From Paragordius varius (lineage: Eukaryota; Animalia; Nematomorpha): 64,000 nucleotides of DNA. Below are positions 62,872-64,000 of the stretch, piece after piece. The notes under the pieces were generated by a model. It saw nothing but the letters and a program-made list of their open reading frames with translations. It searched no databases and had not been told where the DNA came from. The position numbers and the translations under genes were made by a program. Within the stretch, counting starts at the first letter, position 1. Every line of letters starts with the position of its first letter. The stretch lies in contig OZ176050.1 of the NCBI GenBank assembly GCA_964247055.1, forward strand, positions 11,222,001 to 11,286,000, read 5' to 3'.

Positions 62872-64000
62872 ATGCCTGATTCAAGCAAAATTTCATTGAA
62901 AAATGTATTATACATCGACGAAGAAAATGATTACAAAATTTCCATTGCTAATCTCACTGATATTCCAGCTTTGTGTCGTATACGATTGGAATTAGGTAAA
63001 AAAACTCATCCAGACTTCTTTTATATGCTACTAAAACACTATCCAAACAGCATTTTGCCGGCCAAAACGATTAGTAACGGTACTATAATAGGTATTTGGA
63101 TTATATATATAATTTTAATAATATAATTAAATTATTTTGTTTGAATGTTCAAAAATGTGTAATTTTATGATATAGGGACTATTTTGGTCATTGATTATGA
63201 TGAAAATTTGTCATCCGGGGGTTTGCTATTTGTGGATCCGAAATATCGAAATAGAGGAGTCGCAAATGAAATGGCAAGATTAGCGATTAATAAAAATAGC
63301 AACATTTGTTTTTACGCACCGGATCCTATGGTTAACATGTATGTCAAGCTTGAATATCAGACTTTTGAAAGATGTATATTGTATTTACTGTTTATAATGT
63401 TCTTTTATTAAATTAACTTCTTTTGCGATTATGTTTATCATGATTGCATTGTTTATATAACATACTCTGAAAGAAAGAACTATCATATGAGTAATCAATT
63501 AAATCCGTGGCAGACCTTATCTAAATCTGCTAGGTTCAAAATTTTTCTGGTAAACTGATTTTTTGTAAAGTATTTCAACTGAAAAATAGAGATAAGAATA
63601 AAATAAATACATATAAATTTATGCTTGTTTTTAACTTCAAAATATAAGACGCCGCCAAATCAGATTTTTCAAGGTTATGATGGAATTTGTATTATAGAGG
63701 GTTTTAAGGGCGATCATGTTTAATATTTTATGATTAATAAGACATCTCTGTTATATAATAGTTACAATATATTTAAATGCCATTTATTAATTTCATTCTT
63801 AATATATCCTAGATACAGTTTATGAAAATGAAAATATTACAACACAATCGTTAGGCAATTTATATGATCATCTAAAAGTCAATTACTTAATCGATAATAC
63901 AATTATTTTCCCAATCATCCTTCAACAAAAGGGGAAAAAAACTTTGGAAACAAATTATCTGACCAAACTTATTGAATTTGACAGGCGTATACATATTAGT
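62872..64000 (+). CDS. GNAT-family N-acetyltransferase (possibly a YitH-like tandem GNAT); 3' end beyond the window
   Basis: Exons 62872-63091 and 63176-63373 splice in frame and contain the acetyl-CoA motif A, GLLFVDPKYRNRGVA. Probable further exons near 63650-63717 and 63814-63988 (KLIEFDR). Confidence 0.7.

Overview
Very AT-rich (by eye about three-quarters A+T) eukaryotic, almost certainly animal, nuclear DNA. It contains spliced genes and many DNA-transposon derivatives; I see no prokaryotic operons, CRISPR arrays or recognisable tRNA/rRNA genes. Genes reconstructed by hand: a 24.6-kb death-associated protein kinase (DAPK; minus strand, about 29 exons, 12452-37019), head-to-head with VDAC/porin (plus, 37151-39696); then TFAM-like (minus, 40151-43136), RPB12/POLR2K (plus, 43209-43437) and CDC6 (minus, 43441-44655) packed extremely tightly; a ubiquitin-like-S27a fusion (minus, 53272-53780); and a GNAT acetyltransferase running off the right edge (plus, from 62872). 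An unidentified multi-exon minus-strand gene probably occupies part of 3.2-12.0 kb. Most striking observations: (1) at least 14 GT-AG introns of only 21-33 nt, required to restore conserved reading frames, coexisting with kb-sized transposon-filled introns; (2) RPB12 and CDC6 stop codons only 3 bp apart, each with an AATAAA inside the partner's last tiny intron; (3) a three-level nested IS630-Tc1-mariner system whose long TIRs carry about 11 tandem 21-bp repeats; (4) an S27a fusion whose ubiquitin moiety is only about 50% identical to canonical ubiquitin; (5) DAPK with an Ala at the Ser308-equivalent site, large linker insertions and two decoy copies of the exon-2 acceptor. All alignments and counts are manual, family names come from recalled motifs rather than database searches, and I cannot assign the species.
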